Assembly: GCF_011386835.1 (NCBI RefSeq)
Contig: NC_088809.1
Coordinates: forward strand, 9,672,001 to 9,736,000
Length of the DNA stretch: 64,000 nucleotides
Source: Chrysemys picta bellii
Lineage: Eukaryota
Direction of reading: 5' to 3'
Shown here: piece by piece, positions 48,130-60,684 of the stretch
How positions within the stretch are numbered: position 1 is the stretch's first letter
Layout: every line of letters starts with the position of its first letter
The notes under the pieces: generated by a model
The model's database searches: none
Told to the model about the DNA's origin: nothing
Seen by the model: only the letters and a program-made list of their open reading frames with translations
Translations under genes and position numbers: made by a program

Positions 48130-48400
48130 TAGGGTTTCTCTTCACGTACAGTACTGCACCAGTGCTGTAGTGCTCTAGTGAAAACGTTACTGTGCCAACA
48201 GGACAGCTTCTCCCATAGGCGTAGTTAATCCACCTCCCTGGGAGGCGGTAGCTAGGTTGACCGGAGAAGCTCTCCGGTCAACATAGCGCTCTTTACACAG
48301 AGGGTTAAGTCTGTATAACTGTTGCTCAGGGGTGTGGACTTTTCACACTTCTGAGCGACGTAGTTATACCAATATAGGTTTGTAGTGTGGATGTGGCCCT
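48130..48400. mobile_element. Degenerate MITE of the same family as 62270-62512
   Basis: Shares CCACCTCCC..GAGGC.GTAGCT and GGTGTGGA.TTTTCACAC..CTGAGCGACGTAGTTAT blocks with the 62-kb copy. Confidence 0.7.
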
Positions 48401-49109
48401 CGTGGAATACCACGGGGTGAGGCACCAGCATCTGGATTGAATCTGGGGATCTGGACCCAAAAGCATGAGTCTTGACTGCCTGAGCTAAAAGACCAGGTCT
48501 GTTAGCCAAGGCTGCCGCAGGCTCATCAACCTCGGTGTGGCCAAGCCATTCATGAGGGGGACAGAGCACCGCTCCGAGTGGGTTACATACGTTTGGCTGA
48601 ACTGGGCCGAAGTTAATGCCAGAGTAGTAGGGGCCTGTCTTTTAGAGTTTGACCATGTTGTTTACACGCCTTACAATGTGCATTACATGACATCATTACT
48701 AAGATTGGCTCAGGATCACGTGACATCTTTATTAAACTCAAATATAATTACGCGATACAGTGGGTAAAAGTTTTCAAGAGCAGTTACGTCACTTAGATGC
48801 TTTTGAAAAATGTGCCCTGTATCATTCTAGGTACAAGGAGGACAGTTCTACTCACGCTTGGACACGTTCTGCTGAGCCTTGCGTTGGCTCTCTGGGGTCA
48901 TTTCCTATTGCCATGCTAAATAGAACCATAGTACGCCTATGATTTAATCCGCTCCGGCGTTAGTCAGGATGTAGGTTTAGATTGTTGCTATAATGACATA
49001 GGAAACTGCTACCATTATATTAATTACACCATTTGACCTCTAAAGGAGCATTTCCTGTATCCTGCTAAACCACAAAGACCTTTTCACTGCCTTTGCTGCT
49101 GTGTTTCAG

Positions 49110-49305
49110 TAACTCGGACGATAACTTACTGAAGAACATCGAACTGTTCGATAAACTTTCTCTCCGCTTCAACGGCCGAGTCCTCTTCATTAAGGATGTT
49201 ATAGGGGACGAAATCTGCTGCTGGTCTTTCTACGGACAGGGGCGGAAGCTCGCTGAGGTCTGTTGCACCTCGATAGTGTACGCCACGGAAAAGAAACAAA
49301 CCAAG
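49110..49305 (+). CDS. TNFAIP1: TNFAIP1 coding exon ([30 protein letters not shown]...EKKQTK)
   Basis: TTTCAG acceptor, AAG/GTAC donor, 196 nt. Confidence 0.97.
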
Positions 49306-50433
49306 GTACTGGGAATTGTCCTCCTTGGGTCTTGTGGTTAAGTAACAAAGTTGGTAGCGCTTTGCACAGCCACGTGAGATCTCTGAGACTTGGACCAGGT
49401 CAGTAGGAGAAGGTATGGTCAAGAGTGGCCTCAACTTGCTGACTGAGTGCCGTTGATGGCCAATGAAATCCAAAAGACGGGGGCCACTCATTGGCTAGCA
49501 CAGTGGTTCCCCAACTTTTTACTAGTGGCCCACCCAATTGCCTTTTGTCTGCATTATCCTTGCTCTCTTTCTCTCTCCAACTGTCTCAACCTCTCTCCCA
49601 GCCCCGCCTATCTGCAGCCTCAGCCAGGCTGCGATGTCTACCAGGCTGCCATCTGTCTGCTCACTGACTCAAGCTACTTCTTCCGTGCTACTGCTGTCCA
49701 GATCCTGCTCCCGATGCCACTGCCCAGGGGAAGCGAGAGCATGGGAGGGAGGGACTGCCTCTGGGGCATGTGTGACCCACTTAAACCTTTCCTGTGACTC
49801 ACGGGTGGGTCGGGACCCACTGCTTGGAAAACACTTGGCTAGCAAGCTGCATTCTGTCCTGGGCATATCAGTATCCAAAAGATGCTGGCAGATTGAACAG
49901 AATCCAGAGAAGAGCAAAATATGGTTAGGTCAGTGGAAGGAATAAATAAGGAGGAAAGATTGAGAGAGGGAATTTCAATTTGGGCTGAATATTAACTGTT
50001 TAAAGAAAAAAATGTGTTGCTTTGTTGTTAATTACAACGTGATAAATCTAGAGTAATTCCCCTTGCCTCAACAGAGGTACTTCTGATTTACACGTGTGCC
50101 GGTGAGACTAGAATGAGATCAGACTTTGCAGTTCAGTATCAGAAATGACATCCTGACAATGAGATGTGGTAGATTCTGCAGGAGTCTCCCAAGAGAAGTG
50201 GCAGATGGCCCAAGAGTTGGGACATCAAAACCTAGGCTAGTGAAAGCACTAGAGAACGTAAAGTAAAATCGTACCCTGGGGGATGCGATGAGATTATCTC
50301 ACAGGTCTCTTCTGCCTTTACATCCATCCTCATGTGCATTTGCATTTGAAATTCCTTCACCAATAAGCAGTAGAGGGGCTCCTGTCTTGTTACCCAGTCT
50401 GCATCAGGAAAAAGCATGCTGTCTCTTCCCTAG

Positions 50434-50652
50434 GTTGAGTTCCCCGAAGCGCGTATCTACGAGGAGACACTAAACGTTTTACTTTATGAAACTCCACGTG
50501 TACCTGACAACTCCCTGCTGGAGGCGACGAGCCGGAACCGAAGCCAGGCGTCTCACAGCGAGGACGATGAGGGCTTTGAACTGCGCGACCGAGTGCGCCG
50601 CATCCACGTGAAGAGATACAGCACTTATGACGACCGGCAGCTTGGCCACTAG
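50434..50652 (+). CDS. TNFAIP1: TNFAIP1 last coding exon ([11 protein letters not shown]...[11 protein letters not shown])
   Basis: CCCTAG acceptor; TAG at 50650-50652; total 942 nt = 313 aa; PCNA-binding QTKVEFP spans the junction. The [11 protein letters not shown] tail identifies TNFAIP1 rather than KCTD10 or KCTD13. Confidence 0.96.
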   Translation, partial: VEFPEARIYEETLNVLLYETPRVPDNSLLEATSRNRSQASHSEDDEGFELRDRVRRIHVKRYSTYDDRQLGH

Positions 50653-53600
50653 CCTGCTGGCAGAGGACAAACGGTTTGCTTTGTTCATAGAGCTTAATGA
50701 ATAAGCGGAGTTAGTCCGGGAAGCAGGGGATTGATCCTCAAATGGTTTCAGTGCTTTCTAGAGAAGCCGTTCGGCATCTGGGCGTGCAAACCAAAGGCAA
50801 CACTTAAGGCCAGAGGCTTTTAGAGTCATTGTGACATTTACTTGTGTACCATGCAGTTCTTCATGTGCCGCAGATGGGCGGGGATCCCAAGGACCTGTCT
50901 GTGGAGCTCATTTGTTCTGATATAGGTTGCAGCCACCAGGCATTGTCTGTCTTGTGAGAAGCGATGTATTTTTCCATTTGAGGATGTTTCTGTTTGAAAA
51001 CCCATTGCCAGAGACACCGTAAGAGCTGCGTGCCCTGGAATTGCTTAGTTTTTAAATTCTGTTACAAAGGATGCCCCGTGGGATTCGAACACTAGCACGT
51101 TTAGCAAACGCTACCTCTCGCTGGCCAAGCTACTCTTCCCTTCTGGAGCAAGTAGTTAGATTCCCATGACATGAGAGAGGGCGTTTCCCCTTTTGTGCAA
51201 GGATCACCCTTAGTGCTGTAACTGCTTAGCCTGTCTCACTTTAAACCAAGTTTTTAGGACTCAAGCTAACAAATGGTCCAAATGGGGGAAATTTAGAGAG
51301 TGTGATTATTAAGAAAAAAAAATCCTAAAGGTGAGGGTGTGGGTATGGTGAAGCTTACAAGAAAACAGAGCCCTGGTGAAATCATAGGCATAGTGGGACC
51401 CCTACCCTCTGGGGCTTTGGGTGGGGTGGGAACCCTGTGTTAATAGATCCTGAGGAATTGAGGGAATCTCTCTAGAATTAGTCACTAGATCAAGAGGGCC
51501 CCTAAGCACTGCTTGGTGTCCTCTTTCCTCAAGCTAGGAAAAAAACAGGGTGATTGAGGGGAAAATAACTAAAGTGTAGACCAAAGAAAGCTTCTTAGCG
51601 CATTCACTCTCTCACAGTTGGAGTTGTCCATGTGTTTCTGTTCTAAGTCCCCTCTGAGGCCAGGAGGTGGGAGTGGAGGGATAGTGGCCATTGCACCTTG
51701 TTATAGAGTGGAGCTCTATCTCTGCACAGCCCCGGGAAAGGGACTTTTTATATTTTAAACCGTTTCTTCAGCTGACATTTTTTTATAATTATGTTTTTAA
51801 AAAAATCTTTTGTGATTCAAATGGTTTTTTAAACCTATATTTAAAAAACGAGAGCTGACGTGTCAAGTGTGTACCCCTCCCTTCTTGGTACTATAGTGTC
51901 AACTCTCTTTGGACTTAGGGTTTTTTGTACTTGAGCTTTGATCTTAAACGTGACTATCCAGTGAGAGAACATGATGGTCCCAACTTATTTGGTAGCCCAG
52001 ATGAAAACTTAAGGGCTTGATTTTTCTGAAGTTCTGAGCCCCCACAACTCCAGCTGAAACCAGTGGGAGCTGCAGGTGTTCAGCGCACCTGAAAATCAGG
52101 CCCAAAGTTTTCCTGTCTCTCTCTCCCCCTTGAGGACAACTGGTGACCCCAGCTGGCACTTCAAACATCTGGGTTCGCTGACTAACCAAGGCAGCCAACT
52201 TTAGGCTTCAGATAAGAACTGGCCTCCGATCTCAATGTTTGGTGGTTGTTTGGGGGAGGGAGAGGCAGCCCTACTGCACACGGGAGATGACTATATAATG
52301 CGCAATTAGCTGTGTGCCCCGGTTCATTATTGCATCTAGGATTGTTTTAATGCAGGGCAGCAGTTTGTCTAGCAGCCAGCAATTAATTGCCACTCGTCTA
52401 GACTGGCTTGTTGCTTGCCCGGCGATGCTGGATGGTAGGATTTTTCTGAGCTTCACTTTCCATTGCTTTCATGAGAAATTATTTATTTTTTCTATTCATA
52501 GGAGAATTTGGGCTCAGTGTGTGGGGACGGGGGTGAGAATCACTGCTTGGGAATATCCTGATGTAACTGGACGGGGGCTGAGTGCAAAGCATAGACAAGG
52601 GCATGTCTGGGTTTGTACCAATTCGTCTGACTGAGACTCACCTCTGCTCGTAATAGGTGCAAACCACAGCCTGCCCCGGCTTACGCTTAGGCATCAGCAG
52701 TGGTGCAGCTACACTGGTTGCTAGTCACCGAGTTGGGGCTTGTCCCACATGTAGACAAGGTCTCAATTTAGAAATGATGTTTTGGGGCCAAATCCGAGCA
52801 AGTTCCAGTTCAAGCAAGTAAGCTCCAATTTCTCAGGGTTTGACCCTTTGTTAATGATCAAACTGGCTGACTTACCGTCTCAAAGAAAAAATACGGATTG
52901 TTTCCGAGGCCTTTTAAAATATGTGAATAGGCTGCAGCAGGTGTGGAGGTTTTATTGCCTTCAGAGTAGTCTACGGGGAGAGAAATTAGGTTTGGATGCT
53001 AGACTGGCCTAGCCTCCCAGCATAATAAACCATTTAAAAACCCGAGCTACTCAGCGCATTTAGTGTTCTCCCTGTCTCAAGACAAAGATCCCAATCTACA
53101 GCAGTCTGGTTAGACAAAAGATTTTGAATACTTCAGCTACATAGAGCTTTTTCTTTGAAAAGTCATAAAATGACCCATGGAATGTGGTGGTTAACAAATA
53201 ATGCTTTCAGGTTACAGTGTTAAGTATATTTTATTTCCCTAGATGTATTTAAGCTATAAACTGAGTAAGATTGTAAATTGTTTTATTTATTAATTGGCAG
53301 ATAAAATGCATAAACTTTGGTAATGGGGAAAAATATAGTCACATTTGAAGAATTGGCCTAATTATTTTGGGTGCCCAACTTGAGACCTCTTAAATGAGCT
53401 TGATTTTTAGAGGCTGGTTGGTCAGCGCATTCTGCAGATCAGTTCCCTTTAAGGGTCTCAGGCTGGGCATGCAAAGTCATTAATCGTGTTTGAAAATCTT
53501 GGTCATAAGATCTTTCATCTCTAGGTCACCCAGCTCAAATCCAGATCACCTCTAATTAGAGCTGAGCAAATGATATTTTTTCTTCTTTGTTTGGTGACTG

Positions 53601-56594
53601 AAACAAAAAATCTGGAAAAAAAATTATTTCAAACCAAGATGGAATCTTTTTGTGTTTTCTCAACAAAATGAAAAACTATTGTTTGGGTCAAACAAAACAT
53701 TTGGAATGTTATTTCAAAGCAGCGCTTCAAAACATTTTGATATTTCCAAATGGGTTTTTTTTGTTAGTTTTGGCCAAAAAAAACAAACAATTTGTGACCC
53801 AAATTCACTAATAGTTTCAGAGCCCTCCCCCGTGTATTTTTTTGACATAATTTCTATTCACCCAAAAACTTTGCCCCGCTCTAGTTGTGACCACAAGCTG
53901 TTACCCTCTGATGGCTGTTTAGTGGCATGTATTTGATATTAATTGAGGGGTCTCAGTCTAGTTCTTGGTAGCCAGGGCTCCACATCATAACACTTCCACC
54001 ACAATTGGCAACAAATGACTTGTTGGCAGAATGACCAAGGAGGGAGAGGACCATGGAGACCGAATTCCCCTTTGCCCCTTCCACACCAGGTGTAAGGTAG
54101 ATGGGGAGAGCATTGTGGTAAGTATGCTATACCACTGCCCATTCTGTACCTGTTCTTTAGATAAATGGGAGACTTCAATCTTCAAGACCAACAGGCTGGC
54201 GCTCTTTTCACAGCACTCCACTCGTATGCAAATTTAAAAGCAAAATCCCATGGGATTATTTTCCTGCAAAGTCTTTCAATTCACAGCGTGAAGCTGTAAC
54301 ATGCATGGGGCCGGTTGGGTATTTTGGAGGGAATAGATCTTTGGGAAAAAATAGGGGATCGGTCTCGATTAGGTTTTTGTCTTTTAAAAACAAGATTGTA
54401 TGTGCCTCTTTACAGAGCATTAGTTGCCACAGATTCTGTATCCTTGTTGTCTGGCCATGCCTCCTGCATGTGGAAAGTGATCTCTTAATTCTCCTCACAT
54501 CCAGCAGTGAGTGTTGCCACAGTAATGCAACCGCACCTGCCTTTTTCTGAAAGGCCTCTTTAAAACACTATAAAAATCAATAACCTGCTTTTTATTGCTT
54601 TCTGTGATGTTTTGTTTTTCAGATGGTTTTGACAGCACGCCAGCAGAAATACAGCTGCTGAGATTTGTTTTGACTAAGGCTTTTGAGATCTCTGATTTCT
54701 GGTTATTTTAAAAAACGTCAATTTCCCCATACTATAACTTCTGAAATACGAGTTCTGTGAATCCAGGGACTCTGGGGATGATTTACGCCTTTTTTTCTGG
54801 GAAACTAATGAAAGCAATCAGAGCTGTTCAGGGCATGATTAGGGACAGGTTAAAATGGCTGTGGCTGGTCAAAACTAGCACTCCCATTGTTACAAGCAGT
54901 GGTGCACCCGCCCCAGGGATAGACCCAGGGTGGGAGAATGTCAGGAGATCCTCAGCATTTGTAGAGAAAGGTATGGACCCTGTGCTAATAAACAAATCTT
55001 CACAGTGTTAAATGATTGTAGTATTAGACTTGCTAAGTAAGACAGTACTGTATCTATATAGAGCATAGAACATACTAGGTTTTTCTGGCCGGTGTGATTA
55101 CCTCATTGGACAGTTTTACATAGTCTCACAAATCCAAATGCAGGAATGGGCAGTTTCATTGTTACCATATTAAATCATTGGAAACTTTTTTTTTTTTTGA
55201 CCAAAAGGGTTGAACGTTCTAATGATTTTTAAAAAAAGATTTCTGCATATTTCAATACAGAATGTTAATTGAATGTTCTTTTATTGCACCTAAACCATGA
55301 CATGTTGATTGTACAGTATGACTACCTAGATTCTGCTTATATTTAATAGTAGTAGTTTTGATGTAACTTGTGCTCTGTATTATCATTTTAACCATTCTTT
55401 ATTTACTTAAAGGATGTAAATTGCTTAGATGTTGTTGAACCCTAGGTTACATTTTTGACATTTATATAATTGAGAACAAGTATCATTGTGAAGGAAGTAT
55501 CAGCTTTGAAATAGTCATTGTTCTAAGCACAATCTTTGCTTATTTATAGTAAAATCCCCTTTGCAGGGTTGACAAAGCAGCCATTCTTGCTGAGAATATT
55601 TTCTCTGCTGTTTTTAAATAGCACGTATTATGATCCCCCTCATTACGACAGCGTAGATTTTTAATTTATGGCATTCACAGCTGCGTGTTAAGAGATCTGT
55701 AATAACTTCCTACAAAGACCATAATCACCTACGTTTGCATTCTATTGAGGTGCCTGTGACTACCTAAAATAGCCTTTTGGAGGAAAAGAAAAGAAAACCT
55801 CTTTTCCTCATTTGCAGCGCGTGAATTTTAACTACACCAGCAAGCAATCATTAGCTGGTGCAGTCTTTTTGAAGCCCTGCTATCGTCTGCACACTTGTGT
55901 TTAAGTGAACTTTATGCATTCAGATTATGATGATAGACTTAAGGGGATGAATGGGAAATCTTAACTGACATCTGCACATGACCCTTTTGACAGGGGACTG
56001 TTTATATGGCGTCTGTGCTGGGAAAGCTGCATTCTCTGAAATGGGGTCCTAATGAATTGCAAATACCCGCCTCCTTTCTACAGGGAAGGGGGCTTGGAGC
56101 TTTCCAAACGAATGTCTTATATTAAGCAGCACTTTAATATCAGTTTTAATTAGGTGATAACATCAGTTGGGATAGCGTTGCAGGGTAGCCGTCTCCTACT
56201 GTTTGATAAATGCCGAGACAAACTAAATGTTTAACCTTCGCCTTGACATTTAAGCTTCAGAATGGGAGGCATTTATCCCATGGTAACGTTCCATTTCGCT
56301 GACTTTTTCTCTTGTACTAAATGATGACAAATAAATAAATAATCCGGACCGGTGAGGCACGGGAGTGACTGACACTGTGCTATTTCTGAGAGCTGCATTC
56401 TGGCTGGCGTAGAAAATGCTTGTTCTGGTCTTCAAACACCCAGAAACCAGAGTAAGTTTGGTGCTTCTGACCAAACAATCCAAAACTGAATCATGTTTTC
56501 TGACAATCCTTTGCATTAAAAAAAAAAAAAAAGTCTTCTGTATAACCAAATGGCATGCCAAACCCCTTCTATTGGGAAAACAGAGGTTTTACTG

Positions 56595-56770
56595 AGAGAC
56601 TTGGAGACCTGGGCTCTAATCCCAGCATCTGCCACTGACTCGCTGTGTGACCTCAGACAAGTCACTTAACCTCAGTGAGCCTCATTTTCCTCCTCAGTGA
56701 AAATCGGGGTGAGACACTCCCTACCTCAGAGGGGTCTTGAGGCTTAATTCATTAATGTTTATAAAGCACC
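56595..56770 (+). mobile_element. Ancient MIR/CORE-like SINE
   Basis: CTGGGCTCTAATCCCAGC..TGCCACTGACTCGCTGTGTGACCTCAGACAAGTCACTTAACCTC. Confidence 0.6.
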
Positions 56771-57599
56771 TTGGACTACTGTAATTGTTTTTACCAGAGA
56801 CATCAAATTATGGTGACTGTTCATAATTTAACTGACATTCTGTGAACAAGCTGCTTTCTGACCACAGGAGCTTTCATTTTGTTCTGGATTCTAAATCTCA
56901 AGTCTTGCAAGGGAAATAAGTTGATGGAGTAAACTTATTAACCAATAATACAGTATTTTCCTCTGACTTTCTGCCGTGCATTGAGTGGAAATGAATCACT
57001 AATTTTTAATAAACTGTTATATTTTAAGTGGCTCATGTGAATTTTCATTGATGTTAGAGATTTTTTTCGAACTGGCTTGTGTAAACCCAGAATACACAAT
57101 TCTAGCTCATACATTGCACCACAGACATGTAATGACCATTCTTGATCCATAGGTTGTGTGGCTGTGCCCCGTTAAGACTGCTTACCTTTCACCCATTTGA
57201 TTAAGTGCATCCCCTTTCAAATACAGGCTAGACTAGTGTGTCCAGCAGATGATCTTCTCCCTATTTGTGTGCAGCCTGCCTTCTTATAAGGACACCTTAG
57301 ATATTTCCCTACATCACCATGTTATGATTTTTCTGGGCTGATATGGCTATGTTTTTATCTGTATGGGTTTCAGTACTTTTCATCTTCACGGTAACAATTT
57401 ATAATCTCTAGCTGATCAGCAATTCGGTGGTTCTTTTCAACAAAGGGTGAAACAAGTGAGATTTTTCACAGTTACTACTTTAACTTGCACTGAGAATGTC
57501 TAGAATTGTGCATCCTTTTTGGCAGCTGTCTTAACCTTCTTGGGCATGTATTCATTCGCCTAGCAGCTTAATGTAGCTGCCTCCTTTGCTGTTGGCACC

Positions 57600-57632
<33 letters not shown>

Positions 57633-57638
57633 ATGTAT
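57600..57638. repeat. (TG)n microsatellite
   Basis: Directly visible TG run with a TA-interrupted tail. Confidence 0.95.
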
Positions 57639-60459
57639 AGCCACCTAGTTGAGATTTCTAATCTATTTAGTGTGGTGGGTATAGGAAGGAGCCTTTTCTC
57701 ACTTCAACTGTTTTGTTCTTCCTTTCCTTCTAATGCCAGCAGTCTGGGTTTGCTACAATTTCAGACTCTCCCTACCACTACTGTGCCATTGGTTCCAACC
57801 TCAGCCACAAACTACCATTGGTTCCCATAGTCCTCATGGAGAACTTACTCATCCATGTTTTGGCAGCTTCTACCCAGTTTTACGAGGCGGCCTTGGACGT
57901 TATAAAACTCAAGAGCATGATGGCATGAAGCACTGTAAGAATTCATGCTCTCTGTCCACTACCTGCTCCTGTGGCCCACTTTTCCACTTGGTAGATGGGG
58001 CTGTTGTTCCTCGTGAGTGGGGGATGTGTGTTACTCCTCTACATCTACTTTGTCATCACCAAGCTTCCATAGAGTTGTGTAATTTGCCACACCGATTGGG
58101 AAGCTGCTGTTTGTTTCCTCTTCTGCCTATGCTAATAGGGTTTCCATCTGTCACAGGCTCTGCTCCACTATGCAGTCCAGATCAAGTTGCTCCCAACATT
58201 GTCCTTTCTACATGCTTCCCTTAAGACTCTTCCATTCTCCTGAATATTGTATAGTGTAGCCAGTTGTCTCCAATGAGGAGGTAAGTAGGCATGATATAGT
58301 ATGCACGTTCTGGTAATAACTAGAGACCTTAACAGATTTGGCCCCATTGTGCTAGGCCCTGTCCACGTTCAGAGATGGTCCTGCTGCACAGATTCCTAAT
58401 TTCAGCTTTAGAAAGGCAAGCTTTTCTAAAACCCAAGTTCAGTAGAAATATTTCCAGTTAAAAAAAAAGACGTCCATCACTTTAAAAACAAATAGTCCCT
58501 GCAGTTTTGTGACCACAATGTTGTTGTTCTACCAGGCTTTGAAAGTGAAAATTGACCGTGAATCAAAGTGAAATGGACTAGTCCTTTGTAGTGGCCAAGA
58601 TGACATTAAAACACTATAAACTCGTTAGATTTAACTGAAATTTTACAAATCTACATTTTTAAAGGGTTAGTAAGATAGGGTAAAAAAAATTACCTAAGAA
58701 ACTGCCCTTAAAAAAAAAAAAAAATCTGTTGTAGCCTATAGTGAATATTTAAGTTTCCTTGGATTTTTCTCAGTCATAGCCTGTCCTCAGCTCCAGGTTT
58801 GCTCATTGGCTTCCTTGGGAATTAGTACAGCTCATTTCAGGCAAGTAGTTAGCAATAGCTTTTTGGCAAAGGCTGGACGTGTAAGAAACGTTATGGAAAC
58901 CGAAGCTTCGATGTACAACTTGTTTTGACTCTTTCAAGGAGCCTCAGCTGAGCTGCAGAGGCCCTGGGGGCATGATTTGTTGTAAACTAGGCCGAGCGTT
59001 TATTGCAAACAGGTGGCACCAGCTTCCTTGGCAATTTTACGAGCAGGTGGGGTGAAGCAACTTTCTGTCCACGGTAGGGGCGAGAGTAAAACGTAAGAGG
59101 ACAACAGGTATCATTTCTGTTCAGAGCAGAAAGCCGTTTGTATGAATTGTGTAGCGGGTATAGTACATCCCGCTCTGCCTCCCGGCTGGGGGTTGAGTGG
59201 AAGTTGGTAAATCTGTTAATTTCACTCAAGGGCCTAGATTTTATTTTGCAGTGGGATTGAACAACCAGGGCTTCGTGGTCTGCGGTTACTGACAGCTCCA
59301 GAAGCCGAGTAAGCAGCTGTTAAGGGAGAACAAATCCGCTGCATCCCATCTCCGAAACCTAACACGCACTAGAGTGAGGGGCAGAGGCAATACCCTCCGT
59401 ACAAAATGTCCAACCCTGGGCTGGACGTTTCACGCAGGGCTTCCCACCCGCAACATAATTAGTTGCTGTAGTTACCGTGGAACGCTCCCTAACTCAGAGT
59501 TCGACAGGAGAACGTTGTGTCGCTAGCTGCCGGTGAGAGGGCCAGATTGTAGGGCCAAGTGCCTCATGCATATGGGATTTCTTGGGGGAAGCTGCCTGTA
59601 GTTTTAATGCCGCCTTCTAACCAGCAGGAAATGTCAGTCAGTGTAAAGAGATTTCTCTACCCGGGGTCGAGTTTGCTCAGCTGCCCTTGGCTTAGCAAGT
59701 CCCTGACGCGTGTTGTTCCTGGGGTTTCAGTTTGTAACACTCGTAAGGAGTTTAAAAATAAAAGAATTTCCCTTTCCCCGCACCCCGTGTGACTGTTAGC
59801 CGTTGCGTGTGGCTGGCAGGGGCACCCATTGCTTTAGAAACACCCCTCCACCCTCGGTACTGTTCCCAACCTCCTCTTGCAGGCATGTATTTCATTCACG
59901 TAACCTCCCGGGGTTTATTCTGGTCTTGATACCCCCCTTGCAACCAGCTTCAGGTCTGATGTTCTCCTGCTCCCAGCCCCGCTGCTCTGTTTTCCTTTCC
60001 CAGCGGGCAGGGGAGAGCAGCGCTGGTTCCCGAGGCGGGTGAGGCGCTTCCCTCCTGCTCGCGACTCTGCTGCTCCTTCCCAGCTGGGTGGGGGGCTAAT
60101 CCCTAGAATCGGTGCACGGGGTGGGAGGGCGGATCAGTTGCTAGGGTGCTGCCAGCTCCGGGCGTTTGCACGCAGGCAGGCTCGCCCCCTTTGCAGGCAG
60201 GTGTAACCCCCCCCCCCCCATCACACTGTATTGTTGCCAAATAATCTCTCCCGGGGGAGGGGGCCGGGCCAGGAGTCTGACGTCAGGCAGGAGGCTCGGA
60301 AGATGGCTGCTGAGAGGCGCCCAGTGCAGCGGCGGCAGCAGCAGCGTTGCTTTGCTGGGCTGCAGGGTGCGTGGCTGTGTCCCGGGGGGCAGGCCCCCGC
60401 CCCGGCCGGAGCGCGCTGAGCCCCCGGGGCCGCCTCGGCCCCCGGCTGCAGCCCCAGCC

Positions 60460-60516
60460 ATGAGCGGCGCGGGGGACGCGGCGAAGGAGAAATTGCTCTG
60501 GAACGTCAAGAAGGAG
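60460..60516 (+). CDS. SGSM2: Small G protein signaling modulator 2, coding exon 1 (MSGAGDAAKEKLLWNVKKE)
   Basis: GCCATGA Kozak context, GAG/GTGAGA donor; KEKLLWNVKKE matches the recalled SGSM2 N-terminus (SGSM1 has RLLRTVKKE). No further exon found in the window. Confidence 0.9.
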
Positions 60517-60522
60517 GTGAGA

Positions 60523-60684
60523 GCCCGGGGGGGGGCTGCGGGGTTCGCCTGGGGGGGGTCCCCGCCCGGGGGGGGCTGCGGGGTTCGCCTGGGGGGCTCC
60601 CACCGGGGGGGGCTGCGGGGTTCGCTTGGGGGGGTCCCCGCCCGGGAGGACTGGGGGGGGTTCGCCTGAGGGGGCTGCGGGGTT
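60523..60684. repeat. GC-rich minisatellite, about 4 units of 37-40 bp (GGGGGCTGCGGGGTTCGCCTGGGGGG..CCC)
   Basis: GCTGCGGGGTT cores at 60535, 60575, 60612 and approx. 60674, plus a degenerate unit near 60651. Confidence 0.85.

Noticed and set aside
54031-54237. Cys/His-containing 68-aa ORF with a G/GTAAGT donor at about 54117
   Set aside because: No recognisable homology and no partner exons; left as possible non-coding or chance.
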